Shown: one piece after another, positions 37,801 through 47,800 of the stretch
Layout of the letters: every line of letters begins with the position of its first letter
Numbering within the stretch: the first letter of the stretch is position 1
DNA from: Convolutriloba macropyga
Taxonomy: Eukaryota
DNA: 64,000 nucleotides
Direction of reading: 5' to 3'
Assembly (NCBI RefSeq): GCF_964194025.1
Contig: NC_134476.1
Span: 11,966,001 to 12,030,000 of the forward strand
Notes under the pieces: model-generated
The model's database searches: none
The model's input: only the letters and a program-made list of their open reading frames with translations
Told to the model about the DNA's origin: nothing
Program-made: the position numbers and the translations under genes

Positions 37801-40800
37801 CTCAATGTTCATTCTCCCGTCATTTAAACTGGTTGTATGAATCGCTTTACTGAACGCTTTCAAACACTCTTTCAGTACTTTTTTGGAACAATTCATATTG
37901 TTTTCAGCATTTATTTTGTCCTTTTCATATGAATATTTCATCCTTAGTTTCTGCTTTCTTTTTACGCCTGACGCTGCAAATTTCATACCAGACACAATAT
38001 CTCTCAATGTGGTGCCCTGGCACTCAAGTTTTATTAGTTTTTTATCTGCCCACACTCACTGCTCTGGCATTACAAATGGTCAATTCAATCATCAAATAAA
38101 ACCAGATGTCGGCTTAAAACCACCAAATTTTGATTTTCGTTTTATTTACGATATATTACATTAAGTTATCAAGAGATTGAGATAAAGAAAAGGCAAGTCA
38201 GTTACATGCTTTTTATAAAACCATGAATAGTTTTTTTTTGACAAAGAAAGTGTTTAAGAAAATTTAAACTTTGAAATCAATATTATGGACCGCCAGAAAT
38301 TTTTAAGTTTTTACAAATTTTTTAACAATTTCACAAAAATGTGACTTTTTAACAAGTTTTTATCCCCCGCACAAAATAGCTGGACAGATCATAAGTTTTG
38401 CCCACCAAAAAAATTTGGCATAAATTTCACAAGTTTTTCTCAACGCACAAAATTTGGAAATATTTTAGTTTTTGTCCCCCATAAATTTGAGAAAATTTGT
38501 AAAGTTTTTGTCCTCCCGGCACAAATCGAGAAAACTTTTACAAGTTTTTGTCCCTCCGGCAAAATCGAGGGACAAATTTTTTGACACCCAAAAAATGCAC
38601 CGCACGAATCGTAACGGTGTGGTACGTCCCCACCCGCGACAAAATGTTTTGGTCGATTGTTCACGGGTCACTTCCCCTGTGACAATACGCATTTTAGTAT
38701 ACTAATAATTTGTTTCGAATAAAACTGAACAGAGAAAGAGTGAATTTTTGAGATACATTCAGTCTGGCTACAAACGATTTTATTAGTCCTAATTATCAAA
38801 AAGTTTCCTTCAAAAAGTAGCTCGTAGAAAACAGGAAAACAAAAAAGTTACCCGTGCTTGCATTAATTTTTAGAATTAAGAATTTGGTGAGAGATGACAA
38901 CACTATTAATAGCTACAATTAAACTATAACAAAAGATAGTTCTACTAAATTAATTCAAAATTTATTATTTGATTCCATGCCATGAATGGTGCCGACTGAA
39001 ATAATCACCCTCATCATCAGTACTCGCTGTGTAATAAACTTTAAAACTTTGTTGTGTGAGATCACATAAAAAATCGCTTTTTGGCATTCAAGTTTTCGAA
39101 TTGTCCGGACACGCGAAAAAATGGCAATTACATGAATTTCTCCGGTTGGGCATTGTTTTCTGTTTGCTGTTCCAATGATACATGTCAACGTGTACATTAG
39201 GCAGAAATGAAACACAACTGTACTGGTAAATAATTGCATAAATCTCCCTGAAATTGTTTTGCGGTTCTAATTAAGCCCTAATTGCTGATTGGCACCCAAT
39301 GATAGTTTGGATCACGAGGAAGTCATTATATTTATTCAAGAAATCAATAAAATTCAAACGAGTTTCCAATAGCATTTAATGGCAAGTTTTAAGCTAAGCA
39401 TACATATTTTTCAGGCGGATCAGACCAGAATTTATTGGGACCAATTTTCGTTAGACAATCAAATTCTTTGTACAGTTTTCTAGGAAATATCTTATAGAAA
39501 CAAATTACATTGCGCTGGCTGTAGAATTCAAAAAAGGACTATTTCTTGCCAGGAATCAAGTGACCAACTAAAAGTTCTCATAAAAAGATGGCCCAATTTT
39601 TAAATAAAACTAGACACAAAAAGTCGCTATTTTCAAAACTGTCGACTTTGGCTGTCTAGCTTTTTTAAAAATTTTAATAAGTTATAAGTTTTTATGTTTT
39701 TTTAATGTTAGTTTTGCAAGTTTTATTACTGCAATTTTAGGAAAAACATCCAGTAAAAACTAACTAGGCTCAAGTTCCGCGGCTGTCATGTTGCCATCCG
39801 GATCTTGGAAGAACTTCTCGACGCCCCCCAACACAGTGCAGGCCAGGTATTCTGCATCGTGGGTCTGTACTTGCGGGTCGTCCTGTCTCAGTGTGAAATA
39901 CATTGAGAAGCAGGGGGTTCCGGGCACCGTCAAATCCATTCCCTGCCCAGCTGTTACGGCCTCAGCAGTGCATGAACTCATTCCTAATCTGTCCATGAAT
40001 GCTGCCGAGTCGTCAAATTGGTACATGTACATGCTCAAGTTGGCACTCATTCCCAACTTGCCTAAAATCATAAATTCCTTGGGTCATCATTTGGCGTCAG
40101 GACAATTTACCCAATTTCCCGACTTTACCCAATGCCATTATACCGAGTGTCAATATGCCCAACCTGGCTGCCGTATTACCCAATGCCATTTTGCCAATGT
40201 TAACTTTGTTTTACCCTGTCGTTAAAATTACCAGAATGACTATTTTGACATAAAACTGCTCGTGGCACTTGATATGAACTATGTATCATTAAATACTGCT
40301 TGTCATGCTATTCTAACTTCACTGCTTAATTTGGCCTTGAATTGATTTGCTATTAGAGAAGCGGAAAAAAATCGAAGGTTAAAGGTATACTATCTCTGTA
40401 CAAATTGTTCCAAATTTCTGATTCATGCTATCCACATTTCTCAAAATATCTTAAGCAAAAGGCCATTTGTTTTCCCAAAAGTGTGAACCTTTAAGAAACC
40501 TGCATTACAATCTAATATCCGAAAACAAAAAAGAATATAAATAAAAGCTGCCACAGACATTGGTGAATTTAACTCAGGGCACCAACTAACTGGGCAGCAG
40601 CTAAATTTTTACTCAAGTATATTCAACTTTTCTCCGTCATTGATCATGACTGCTGTTAGAATTTCGATCAAACTATAGTCTTGAACTTAGTTAGATTTAT
40701 TAAAAAGAAAGTTTAACTTACCAGATTAATAAGACATGAGCAAACTGATTCTAGTCACAAAACTTTTATGAACGAATCGTCAATAAATGGTGCTTAGAAT

Positions 40801-42448
40801 CAATTTTCGGTTCAAACTGATGAATCTAGATTACTATTATTAGAGAGATTATTGGATGTAAAATTTTCCCAGCGTGTATTGAATGCTTATGATACTACCG
40901 GAAATGTGAATGAACTCTTGGGTGTCAATGCATACTATCTATGGTATCCCTCGCAACTAATTTCTAGGAAATTTGCAGAAGCAAACCATATTGCGTAACC
41001 GTTGCGACCACTGCTAAAAATCATGGTGCTAAGATTAGTTTTGTATCTTGACTTTCTTGCACTGATAATGGGTCATTTTTGAGCAGCTAATTTTTTAGCC
41101 TTTTTTCATCCCCAAAATCAAATCACCACCTTGATCTAATAATCAGATCTCTCCTGTAAATCTCTGAATTCTAGTGTAAAATATCATTTTTGTCATTCTC
41201 TCATTTTTGAGAAACTATTTTTCTACTTAGGTAAAAACGCTTTTTATTCCGCTCGAGAAAAATCCATAACCCAACAGCTGCAGTTTCAAAGGAGCGATCA
41301 ATTCTAAGTATGCAAACGTTGCGGTGACGGGCCAACAGAACGGAAGTAAAATAGATCGGAAAGCATGAATAAGTGAGAGTAGATCGAAAATTGTTCTTTA
41401 TTCTCACTGGCTGATATGTGCTAATTGGAAGCTGACGTAATTTTGCCGTATTTGATCATGTTTTGCAAACTATATGGCTATTCCTTAGGGGCTTCTAGGA
41501 CTTAATATCAAACTATTACAACAAAGCAAAATATCACGACCGAACATGTAATTCGCTGTAATATAGGTGAGCACTCAAACCTGATGGGGCAAAGAGCGAA
41601 TTCGATAAATTAAATTTCGATCCATTGTCCCAATAATTGCTTCGATCTGCAGGTCTTTTCGATCTGTTGTCCTAGAACGAAATATTATTTCAGGCAAACT
41701 CTCAAATTCGAATGCTTTTAGTTATAACCCTTTATACAGATTTTCCCGTTGCCTTCAAAAAAGATTTTCCATTTGACAAAATCCAATTTAATTTTTAATC
41801 AGAGTCTCTAACACGCAAGCTTTGTGAGCTAACCTCTACAACTTGTCTTAAAGTCTCAAGTTTGGTCATATCTTATAACGCATTCTCTCGTTCTTTTTTG
41901 ATGCTCCAGTTTTCATATCAATATCCAATTATACTTTAAACAAGCACAGCTTTTTATCAAGCTTATCTCATGCACAATTTACATTTGGTTCTTCTTTCTG
42001 AACCCAAGAGACACAATGTCCGTACGGTTGGGTGAACAGAATAACTTCTTTAATCAAATCGTTAAGTTTTATGATTTTTCGACTTCTTGTTGCCTTTTCC
42101 GTTCTTAAGTTTTGTATTTAAATGTTTACGTTTTCGTTACCTTTCAAAGAATTTGTCGAAAGTCATTTTAAGTTGATGAATTTGTGTATCATGTATTACT
42201 TTTACACTGCCCGGATTGGAACTTGAAGAGAATGGGTAAGATAAGGGTGTATCTAGCTGTTATGGTGCGTGGGGGGGGGGGGGGGGTTGTCACTAACCAA
42301 GTAGCACACTCAGTGCCGTTTGCTGCCAAGTTGCAATTGAGCTGCAATTCATGCATGAGATACAGGATGTCGGCGTCTGAGCATTCACTTGGGGTACACA
42401 ACTCAGCAACCCGACAACGAGCACCACAACCAAAACCCACGACTTCAT
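16237..42448 (-). CDS. Gene B: predicted GPI-anchored secreted protein, 352 aa; Ly6/uPAR(three-finger)-like Cys domain plus furin-site domain. Exons 42448-42298, 40061-39765, 16847-16237
   Basis: Splice junctions, all phase 1 and in frame: CTTG|GTTAGT at 42298; ATTTTAG|GC at 40061; CCTA|GTTAGT at 39765; GTGATTAG|AA at 16847. Exon lengths 151+297+611=1059 nt. Signal peptide MKSWVLVVVLVVGLLSCVPQVNA, CISCMNC, PGTPC, LCETDDCN, RRAKR and hydrophobic C-terminus (PVILSTVFALFSITASRWI). Exon-by-exon colinear with gene A. Confidence 0.8.
16870..20780 (+). mobile_element. Unclassified decayed interspersed element (family X)
   Basis: Reverse-complement homology with ~2040..4620 (17345..17435 vs 4495..4600; 17565..17645 vs 4245..4325; 20120..20295 vs 2040..2222). 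Confidence 0.55.
18909..24314 (+). repeat. Left arm of ~5.4-kb inverted repeat
   Basis: Reverse-complement match to 31967..37740. Mirrored ORFs: 19595+/36853-, 21912+/34541-, 23635+/32406-, 22420-/34039+. Confidence 0.95.
22420..22944 (-). CDS. Uncharacterised element-borne ORF (174 aa) in the left arm; its mirror at ~33680..34224 (+) has a premature TGA
   Basis: Longest open frame in the arms; Ser/Pro-rich tail ending PKKRTLDIDF. True start uncertain. Confidence 0.45.
   Translation of the reverse strand: MRKIANEFYKKKKVVIVKQELQDNEWITINHMALPNVIFDYIQSCRFQKGLIKGAQYTINHVTGYVREIVFSPETIDENVRKFLYVYEIKEGPLIENQEGYWRQLETIETFWRMPTSPECPGIMTQATSPLPDSTSAPSIPEVAEVSLIARSSLETPPLSLCFAPKKRTLDIDF
24200..24570 (-). 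pseudogene. Polinton adenain-like cysteine protease pseudogene
   Basis: RVFAANNF..IVSASALQHAGSH*MVLL (degenerate GxHW)..ADQLG. The PTQNQNSK.. segment is retained only in the right-arm copy (~31985..32060, + strand). Confidence 0.6.
24600..25880 (-). pseudogene. Polinton major capsid (double jelly-roll) pseudogene, internally deleted
   Basis: N-terminal SMDGPQLELEVLGDRNFFICL; middle IEANRYVRKITVADHVLTEIEKTLLKTPA; C-terminal LVFDLTS..HPELMNCSKSFQLTFDGVLALNVETLFLSEK. Confidence 0.8.
26050..26325 (-). pseudogene. Polinton/adintovirus small YYxxQ..QxGxG amphipathic protein remnant
   Basis: EAYYQQQSVSPYISGHCR**GIEFGALAAGIGKAALPIARR..KKIGREL, located between penton and major capsid. Confidence 0.6.
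26337..27000 (-). pseudogene. Polinton minor capsid (penton) pseudogene
   Basis: SAGKQVIFVYVNIIEY*YVDDTNAPPIRVM matches the penton FVYxxIxExQxVGDxxxPLLR motif. Confidence 0.7.
27075..27510 (-). pseudogene. Polinton retroviral-like (rve) integrase, truncated
   Basis: YTKGPAAYGSV N-terminal motif; IWLLDLAIVDKLAKENKDVEYLLLAVDCLSRYLRV..TVDAFKKM..LLDAGTEVKG. Confidence 0.88.
27508..28176 (-). pseudogene. Disrupted Polinton ORF between the small ORF and the integrase
   Basis: MSTAEKFNLIPKNQF.. begins immediately after the previous stop and breaks into fragments ending near 27540. Confidence 0.4.
28180..28479 (-). CDS. Small Polinton-type ORF downstream of the ATPase (99 aa)
   Basis: Open ORF with IRSCDCDVILVLCEC..ILLSHV..LEKYR pattern resembling the small conserved Maverick ORF usually next to the ATPase; positional support. 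Confidence 0.5.
   Translation of the reverse strand: MIEKKLSVAKQMGYLQPKQLRNYIRSCDCDVILVLCECRHRILLSHVRVKPRGLEKYRHIFEGIIKKTSSMDKRQALLLETTGSELIQLIIKFCFIHLS
28490..29117 (-). pseudogene. Polinton packaging ATPase (FtsK/A32-like) pseudogene
   Basis: FMAVVGPSECGKA (GPSGCGKA in the repeat copies) Walker A, LLIIDESCEE Walker B, GIYIKQ..TIDLNAT, YQLATNERFGHLLIDIDPK; frameshifts and stops. Confidence 0.85.
28828..31966. repeat. Tandem array of three ~1075-bp units (starts 28828, 29903, 30979), each an ATPase 5' half plus an integrase fragment
   Basis: CAAATTCTTTGTCATTATAAATTTC recurs at 1075/1076-bp spacing; triplicated ORFs (MSRYKFMHSLWLGE.., MPIYSCCLII..). Confidence 0.95.
31967..37740 (-). repeat. 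Right arm of inverted repeat (~5.8 kb; extra ~65 bp near 32000..32062 and ~280 bp at ~33089..33365)
   Basis: Mirror of 18909..24314. Outer end ...TAATGTCTGC at 37740; inner end TCAAATACTCAAAATTAAGCCAAC. Confidence 0.95.
37746..38406 (+). repeat. Direct duplicate of ~35211..35860 appended to the right arm
   Basis: Identical ORFs 35338..35619 and 37883..38164. Confidence 0.93.
38350..38710. repeat. Subterminal AAGTTTTTGTCCC-type short repeats and candidate Polinton terminus
   Basis: About six variants of aagttttt(g/a)tccc, then a GC-richer stretch ending ..GTATACTAATAAT, resembling a degenerate (ACT)n Polinton end. Confidence 0.45.
39765..40061 (-). CDS. Gene B exon 2
   Basis: TTTTAG acceptor and GTTAGT donor. 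LTVPGTPCFSMYF...LACTVLGGVEKFF aligns with gene A exon 2 LSYPGTPCTAMYF...LSCLALTGVENFF. Confidence 0.85.
40095..40225. repeat. ~15-bp minisatellite (TTACCCAATGCCAT variants) next to the gene B exon 2 acceptor
   Basis: Direct read. Confidence 0.7.
42298..42448 (-). CDS. Gene B exon 1 (signal peptide + CxxCxxC)
   Basis: ATG at 42448, hydrophobic leader, TPTSCISCMNC, GTTAGT donor. Matches gene A exon 1 (TPSACYDCITC). Confidence 0.8.
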
Positions 42449-44231
42449 TCGCTTCGCTGATTGGCTCCTTAGCACCTGTTTGCCCCATTGGACCAATCCA
42501 CAGCCAGCCCCCAAATTTCCATTCTCACCAGTCACGCTTATTCCCATCAAAGTATTGGACACAAAGTGAAAATTTTACTTATTAAGTTTTGGATATTATA
42601 GAAAATGTATAGCAATAAATAAGGACTCGTTAGAAGTAGAGCGAGAATGCGATCACCGTTTCCCGTCTTTGTTCACAAAATTATGGCTAAAAATGTGGTC
42701 AAAATTGGAACGCAAAGAACGTAATTGGGAAAATAAACGCAAAAGAAAGAAACTAAATTTTAAATGGAAATTGGGTTGTTTAATTATTTACCAATTATGA
42801 ACACAGGGAGTGCATTGTTGCCTAGCAGCCAGCTGGACATAGTATTTTACCACACTTTCCAGTTTATTTTTTCTTACCATAAAACTTCCATAGTTTTAGC
42901 CTCCGATTTCCTTCATTTTCCCCTCAATTTGGTCCATCTAAGCGCATGAACAGGTATTTGTTCAACACTTGTTCAATTATTAACCAAAATTTGCCAGTGC
43001 ACGAAAGCGAGGAAGCAAAAGTTCCATCATAGCTTGAAGGGGCATCCATAATTAATACCAAATTCCATTTTCAATTTTTCCTCTCGTTTCCAAATCCCAA
43101 AAAATTCATACATTTTCAGTATTGCCATTGTGAACATCTGGATAGCACTTAGCAACCGCAACAATGGTCAATATTGGTACCTCTGAGATAGTAAATAGAT
43201 AAACAATTGTTGTTATCAAACAGGTGTAAACTCTGTTGATTGCACTTTTGGTTACCAACACACTCACCAAAAGTAAACATTGCTCAAAATACTTTTTTTC
43301 TGTGGCTATTATTTGAACAGATCCACAGTTTCATGAAATATAAATGCTACTCAAGGTTTGAACAATTTCGCCCGCGTGGTCAAAGGGTCTATAGAGTTTC
43401 AAACCTTGTCGAAATTTTTAAAATGTTCCATGTTGTTTAAATGTTCCAAATTTTTTAAAATGTTCGAGAATGTTTCAGAATATTCATCGCCGCTGTTTGC
43501 AAACCGCACACAAAAAATCGTGCTTAGCGAGAAACAAAAAAAAGAAAAATTTACCGATTAAAAAGAAAATCTGAATTTATTAAAGTACTGACCTGAGGTG
43601 CTAAAATTCAAAACTTGGTACAGGTCATAAGAGCTCATTGAGCGAAGAAATTCATTAGCTGAATGAGGAAAAGAGAAAACATTTGAAGCAGCCGGAAAAT
43701 GTTATTTTTCAAGTTCATTTTTTACAATTGATGTTGTAAAAGCAAATGCAGAAATACGTTTTAAAACTGATATTTTAAAAACTGCTTTCTTATAACAGTT
43801 CATTTTCAATCAGAGTTATATATAATAGAAAAACGCGCTGTTTAGCAGATAATTAAAGGCTCAAAATTAAAACTTCAGGGCTTGCGTTTAAAAAGTGTAT
43901 TTAAAAAAACCAAAGTTAAAACGGATATTTGTCAAGCTTTGAATTCAAAAAGAGCTTCATTAATTAGTAGCCGTCATTATAGACAAATAAATGCCAATTT
44001 TAGCACATTAAAAGTTATAAAATGCACAAGTCAGGCTACAGTGAATATATCAGCTTCAATTTGAATCATAATTGTCTTCATTTTTATTTTTTACTGCGCT
44101 AAATCAAGCCCATAATCTTCATAGAAAGCAATTGCTAGCAATTTATTATAAAGAAAATTTCTACTCAAATATAAGGCGATCAAAACGGTTTGTGGTGTTT
44201 CGTTTTTGTTTGTGAATTAAGCTCTTTTTTT

Positions 44232-44851
44232 TCAGTTAAATTGTCGTGCGACAAACAGATAGAGAACCAAAACAGCGAGAGTGTAGGTTGCTGCAATTTC
44301 ATTGGCCCCCGAAGCTCCTCTCTCAATTGCGACCGTGGGCTCGGCATCGAACCCGCTGAAATCGTAAGTTCCGTCCAAAATGACCGCAGCCAAGGCAAGG
44401 ACATAAACAGCGACCAGATCTGCAGTGTTATAGCTAGTTCCCTGAATTGTCTCCGTGGCAACTGATGCCCTCGCTGACATCGTCTGGCGTCGGGACCTCT
44501 TGCTCGATGCAGCTACCGAGACTATGTCGACAAAGTTGCACGTTAAGGCACCCGGTAGTCGCTCGACCATAGCCTCACATAGCATCTCGAGCGCTCCTCG
44601 ACTGTTGTTATAAGCTGCAGAGTCCATGTCATTCATGTCAGCACTGTAAGTTCCAATCACGAACGAGATAGTGAACTTGTCGTTAGCGGGTGGCATGTTA
44701 CAGTTGTTCGAATCTGAACATAGGGTGAACCCGACGGTAACTGAGGTAACCGAAACTGCATCGCTCGAGGTCACCATTTTCAAGTCGGTTTGGAGAGCAG
44801 CACCAGTTACGGAGGCCAAAGCTGAAACAATGAAAAACATAATTATACGCA
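44232..44851 (-). CDS. Gene A exon 3
   Basis: TTCAG acceptor; CSDSNNCN, MLCEAMVERLPGALTC, KRSRR, GPI-type tail. Candidate AATAAA on the minus strand at 44142..44147. Confidence 0.85.
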
Positions 44852-47800
44852 CTGAAGGTCAAAAAAGTAATATCTAGTTCTATGAAGCACAAAAACTCGA
44901 TTTAAATTGATATTACACTAACTTGTAATCATAATTTGGAAAAGATTTTAACACCATTGATCCTCTACGCTATTGGTTTTTTCTGTTTACTGAGAAATTT
45001 TGATGGATTTTACCAACTGTGCATTTGAATTTGGGTATATGGTCAGCTAGTATTAAATCAATTTCGCAGTCAACGCATCAACTCACGTTCATACGTTCAT
45101 GGTTAGGCAACATCACTAGTGTAGTATATCTATTGTGTAAAAACAATTTTGAAATTGGCCACATCTGGTGTAATGTTGGAGTGAAAAGCTCTGCTAAAGG
45201 AAAAGTTTTTCCGAGAAGCGAACTCAATTCGTTAATAAAAAATATTGAAAAATGTATGTTGTCATCAGAGGCGAAGAGATAATTGTGAGCAACAAACAGT
45301 CAATTAAATAGTTGGTTAAAAAGACAAGAAAAACTTTCATCAACACTGTTTTTAGCTTTTGTTAAAATTAAAAAATTCTAAACTTATTGTCACAAAACTG
45401 ATTGTTCACGAACAGAGACACATAAATTATAATTTAACTTCAAAACGAAAACTTTTAGTCTACTATTGTCGGTAAAACTATAACTCAACTTTACAATTTG
45501 TTTGGTCAATGGTATTATACTCCGTCAACAAAGGTACGTTTAGTGCACAACTTCAACCCGGAGGTTGCTGGCGGGGCAAATCAGTGCTGATTCAGCCTAT
45601 AGACATTCTGTTTTTGTGGATATCCAGTACTATGCTTGTCACAGTTTACACAGGCTAGTCTTGGATCTTGAGTAATAATTACTGGGTGAAAAATAATATG
45701 TAGCGCTTAACTCCCGCAAACAAAGTTTGCTTTATATGCGATTCGAACTTTCGCGTGGGTAATTGTAACATTTAATTTGCGTAGCAAGTTGTAACCATTA
45801 AGCCACATGAGCTTTGTGGTAGTAGCCTACAAACTAGTTTAAGAAACATAACCGGGCGAAATGCTCTCGAACGACCGGTGAGCGGTTGGCTTCGTCAGTA
45901 GCTAGGCACGGTTTAGTGAGGCTAGCCTTACCTTATTTGAAGGGGCGTAAGTGAGCACAGCGGGGGGGGGGGCAGTGCAACGGGGGCTGATGGGGTGGAA
46001 AGAGGGGGGTGTCAATCTCCAAGAACCGCCCTTCGCACGATAAGTATAAGTCTCCAAAACAGATTCTATGAATCACATCCTCGAAGACTAGTGAACTGAA
46101 AGGCTCTAAGAGCACTTAATGCCCGCTGGGCGCTACCTGTTTATCCCGTTTTTGAGGACGAAAAGTCAAATTCGTCAGACCAAAAATTGGTCAAGAGAAA
46201 AATTGCATAAAAAAGACCGACAGGACTAATATAATTGCTACAAACTTCGTTTGAGAGCAATTAATAAAAAGTCTGTATACTACTTTAGTAATTACCAGTT
46301 ATAAGCTACAAAAGTATGACATTATTACGCCCAGACTTAATTTTGGGATAAGAGCAGTTTTCAGACAATACAGGATAAATTTATCCTGACCGAACCCTGT
46401 GAACTCAATATAATCATAAAGAAGATCAACTACATATAAAAAAACTTAAAATATTCTGGAGATGCAATATTTTAGAGCTGAATTAAGTTTTTATCTTGAA
46501 ATGTGCTGTTTCAACGTTGACATGCTCTGAGACTCAAGTGCAGGCACCTGCTAAGCTAACTGGAGCAGCCAAATACATAGCTAATTCATTGCTGTCCAAA
46601 TATATGACAAATTATAAATGCCGAAATTGTTCAGATCTTTTGCCGTGTTGCTCTGTCGGCTGAAGCAGAAAAATAGTTCGGAAGCAAAAAAAAAAATACG
46701 AAATCCTAATTTAAACTGCGCAAGTTGACAACTTCACGCTATACGAAGTTGAATTCACATACGAATGATTTTTTTTCTCTTAACTAAAGAAACTAAAGTT
46801 TTAATGTGAAAATTTTATACCCCGATGGTACTCTTCTAGAGTTGTCCTCTTAGAGGAAGGCAAAATCTTTAGAGAGCAATTAAATCTATACACTGTTTCT
46901 TAGAGTATCCATAATCCCATAAATGTGTGTAGATAGTCTAAAGAAATTACCTCCCTCTACTAAAACTATGAAAGGTTTTGCCAAAACAGAGATATCTGAA
47001 AAGAAATTTAGGTGTTTCCGATAATATCCTCCCACTTAATGGGTATGTAACGTATACCCCCTAAACGTTATTTTTTTACCATAATTGCGGATATAATATG
47101 AAGGACCCAGAAATTTAGGGGCCTTTGAGGTGAACTAACATTGCTGGCACTAAACAACCATTTTAAATTGGGCGATACTATAATAAAAACTCTGAGTTGA
47201 TAGAAAAATATATAATCTAACCGAGAGGATGACTCACCTCCATAAATCAAACAGTTTGAATATTTTTTGAGAAATGCACATATTAAAGCAAATCTATTTA
47301 GTTGGGACTTCTTAGAAAAAAATCAACTCTATATTTTCCATGGCTTGGAATGAAAATTTGAACCAAATATAGAAATACAGTTACCAACCCAGTTTGATTT
47401 CAAAAATAAGAGTCTAATTATTGCACTTTTGATGAAGCCAAAAAACTAACCGTTCCATTTTTATGTTCCCGTACTAACCGTCCCCCCCCCCCCCAATTAC
47501 GTTATGCACTCCCAATTATAGCACGTATGCCATTACATAATAAATCATTATGATAATATCATTGCACGTCCGATTGGGGGGAGGGGGAGGTGCAAAAATA
47601 TAAACCCACTAAGCTGGAGAAAGGGTGCACTTACCGAAAAGGTGTAAAAATTTCATCTAAATACAATTAACATATCAAATTACACATACCCAACGCATAC
47701 GCAGCTGCTGTAGTAGAATTTAGTTCACTGAGTGGTTTGAAAAAGTTCTCCACTCCAGTTAGAGCAAGGCACGATAGTTTCACGTCCTTCAGACCCGCAG

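Larger units (their letters stand above)
20780..38710 (-). mobile_element. Rearranged, decayed Polinton/Maverick (adintovirus-like) endogenous element; no protein-primed DNA polymerase remnant recognised
   Basis: Ordered minus-strand remnants of packaging ATPase, two conserved small ORFs, rve integrase, penton, QxGxG protein, major capsid and cysteine protease. Outer boundaries are inferred. Confidence 0.8.

Noticed and set aside
44232-44852. Stand-alone 206-aa secreted protein as listed in the ORF track
   Set aside because: Its GTG start overlaps a splice acceptor; better explained as exon 3 of gene A.
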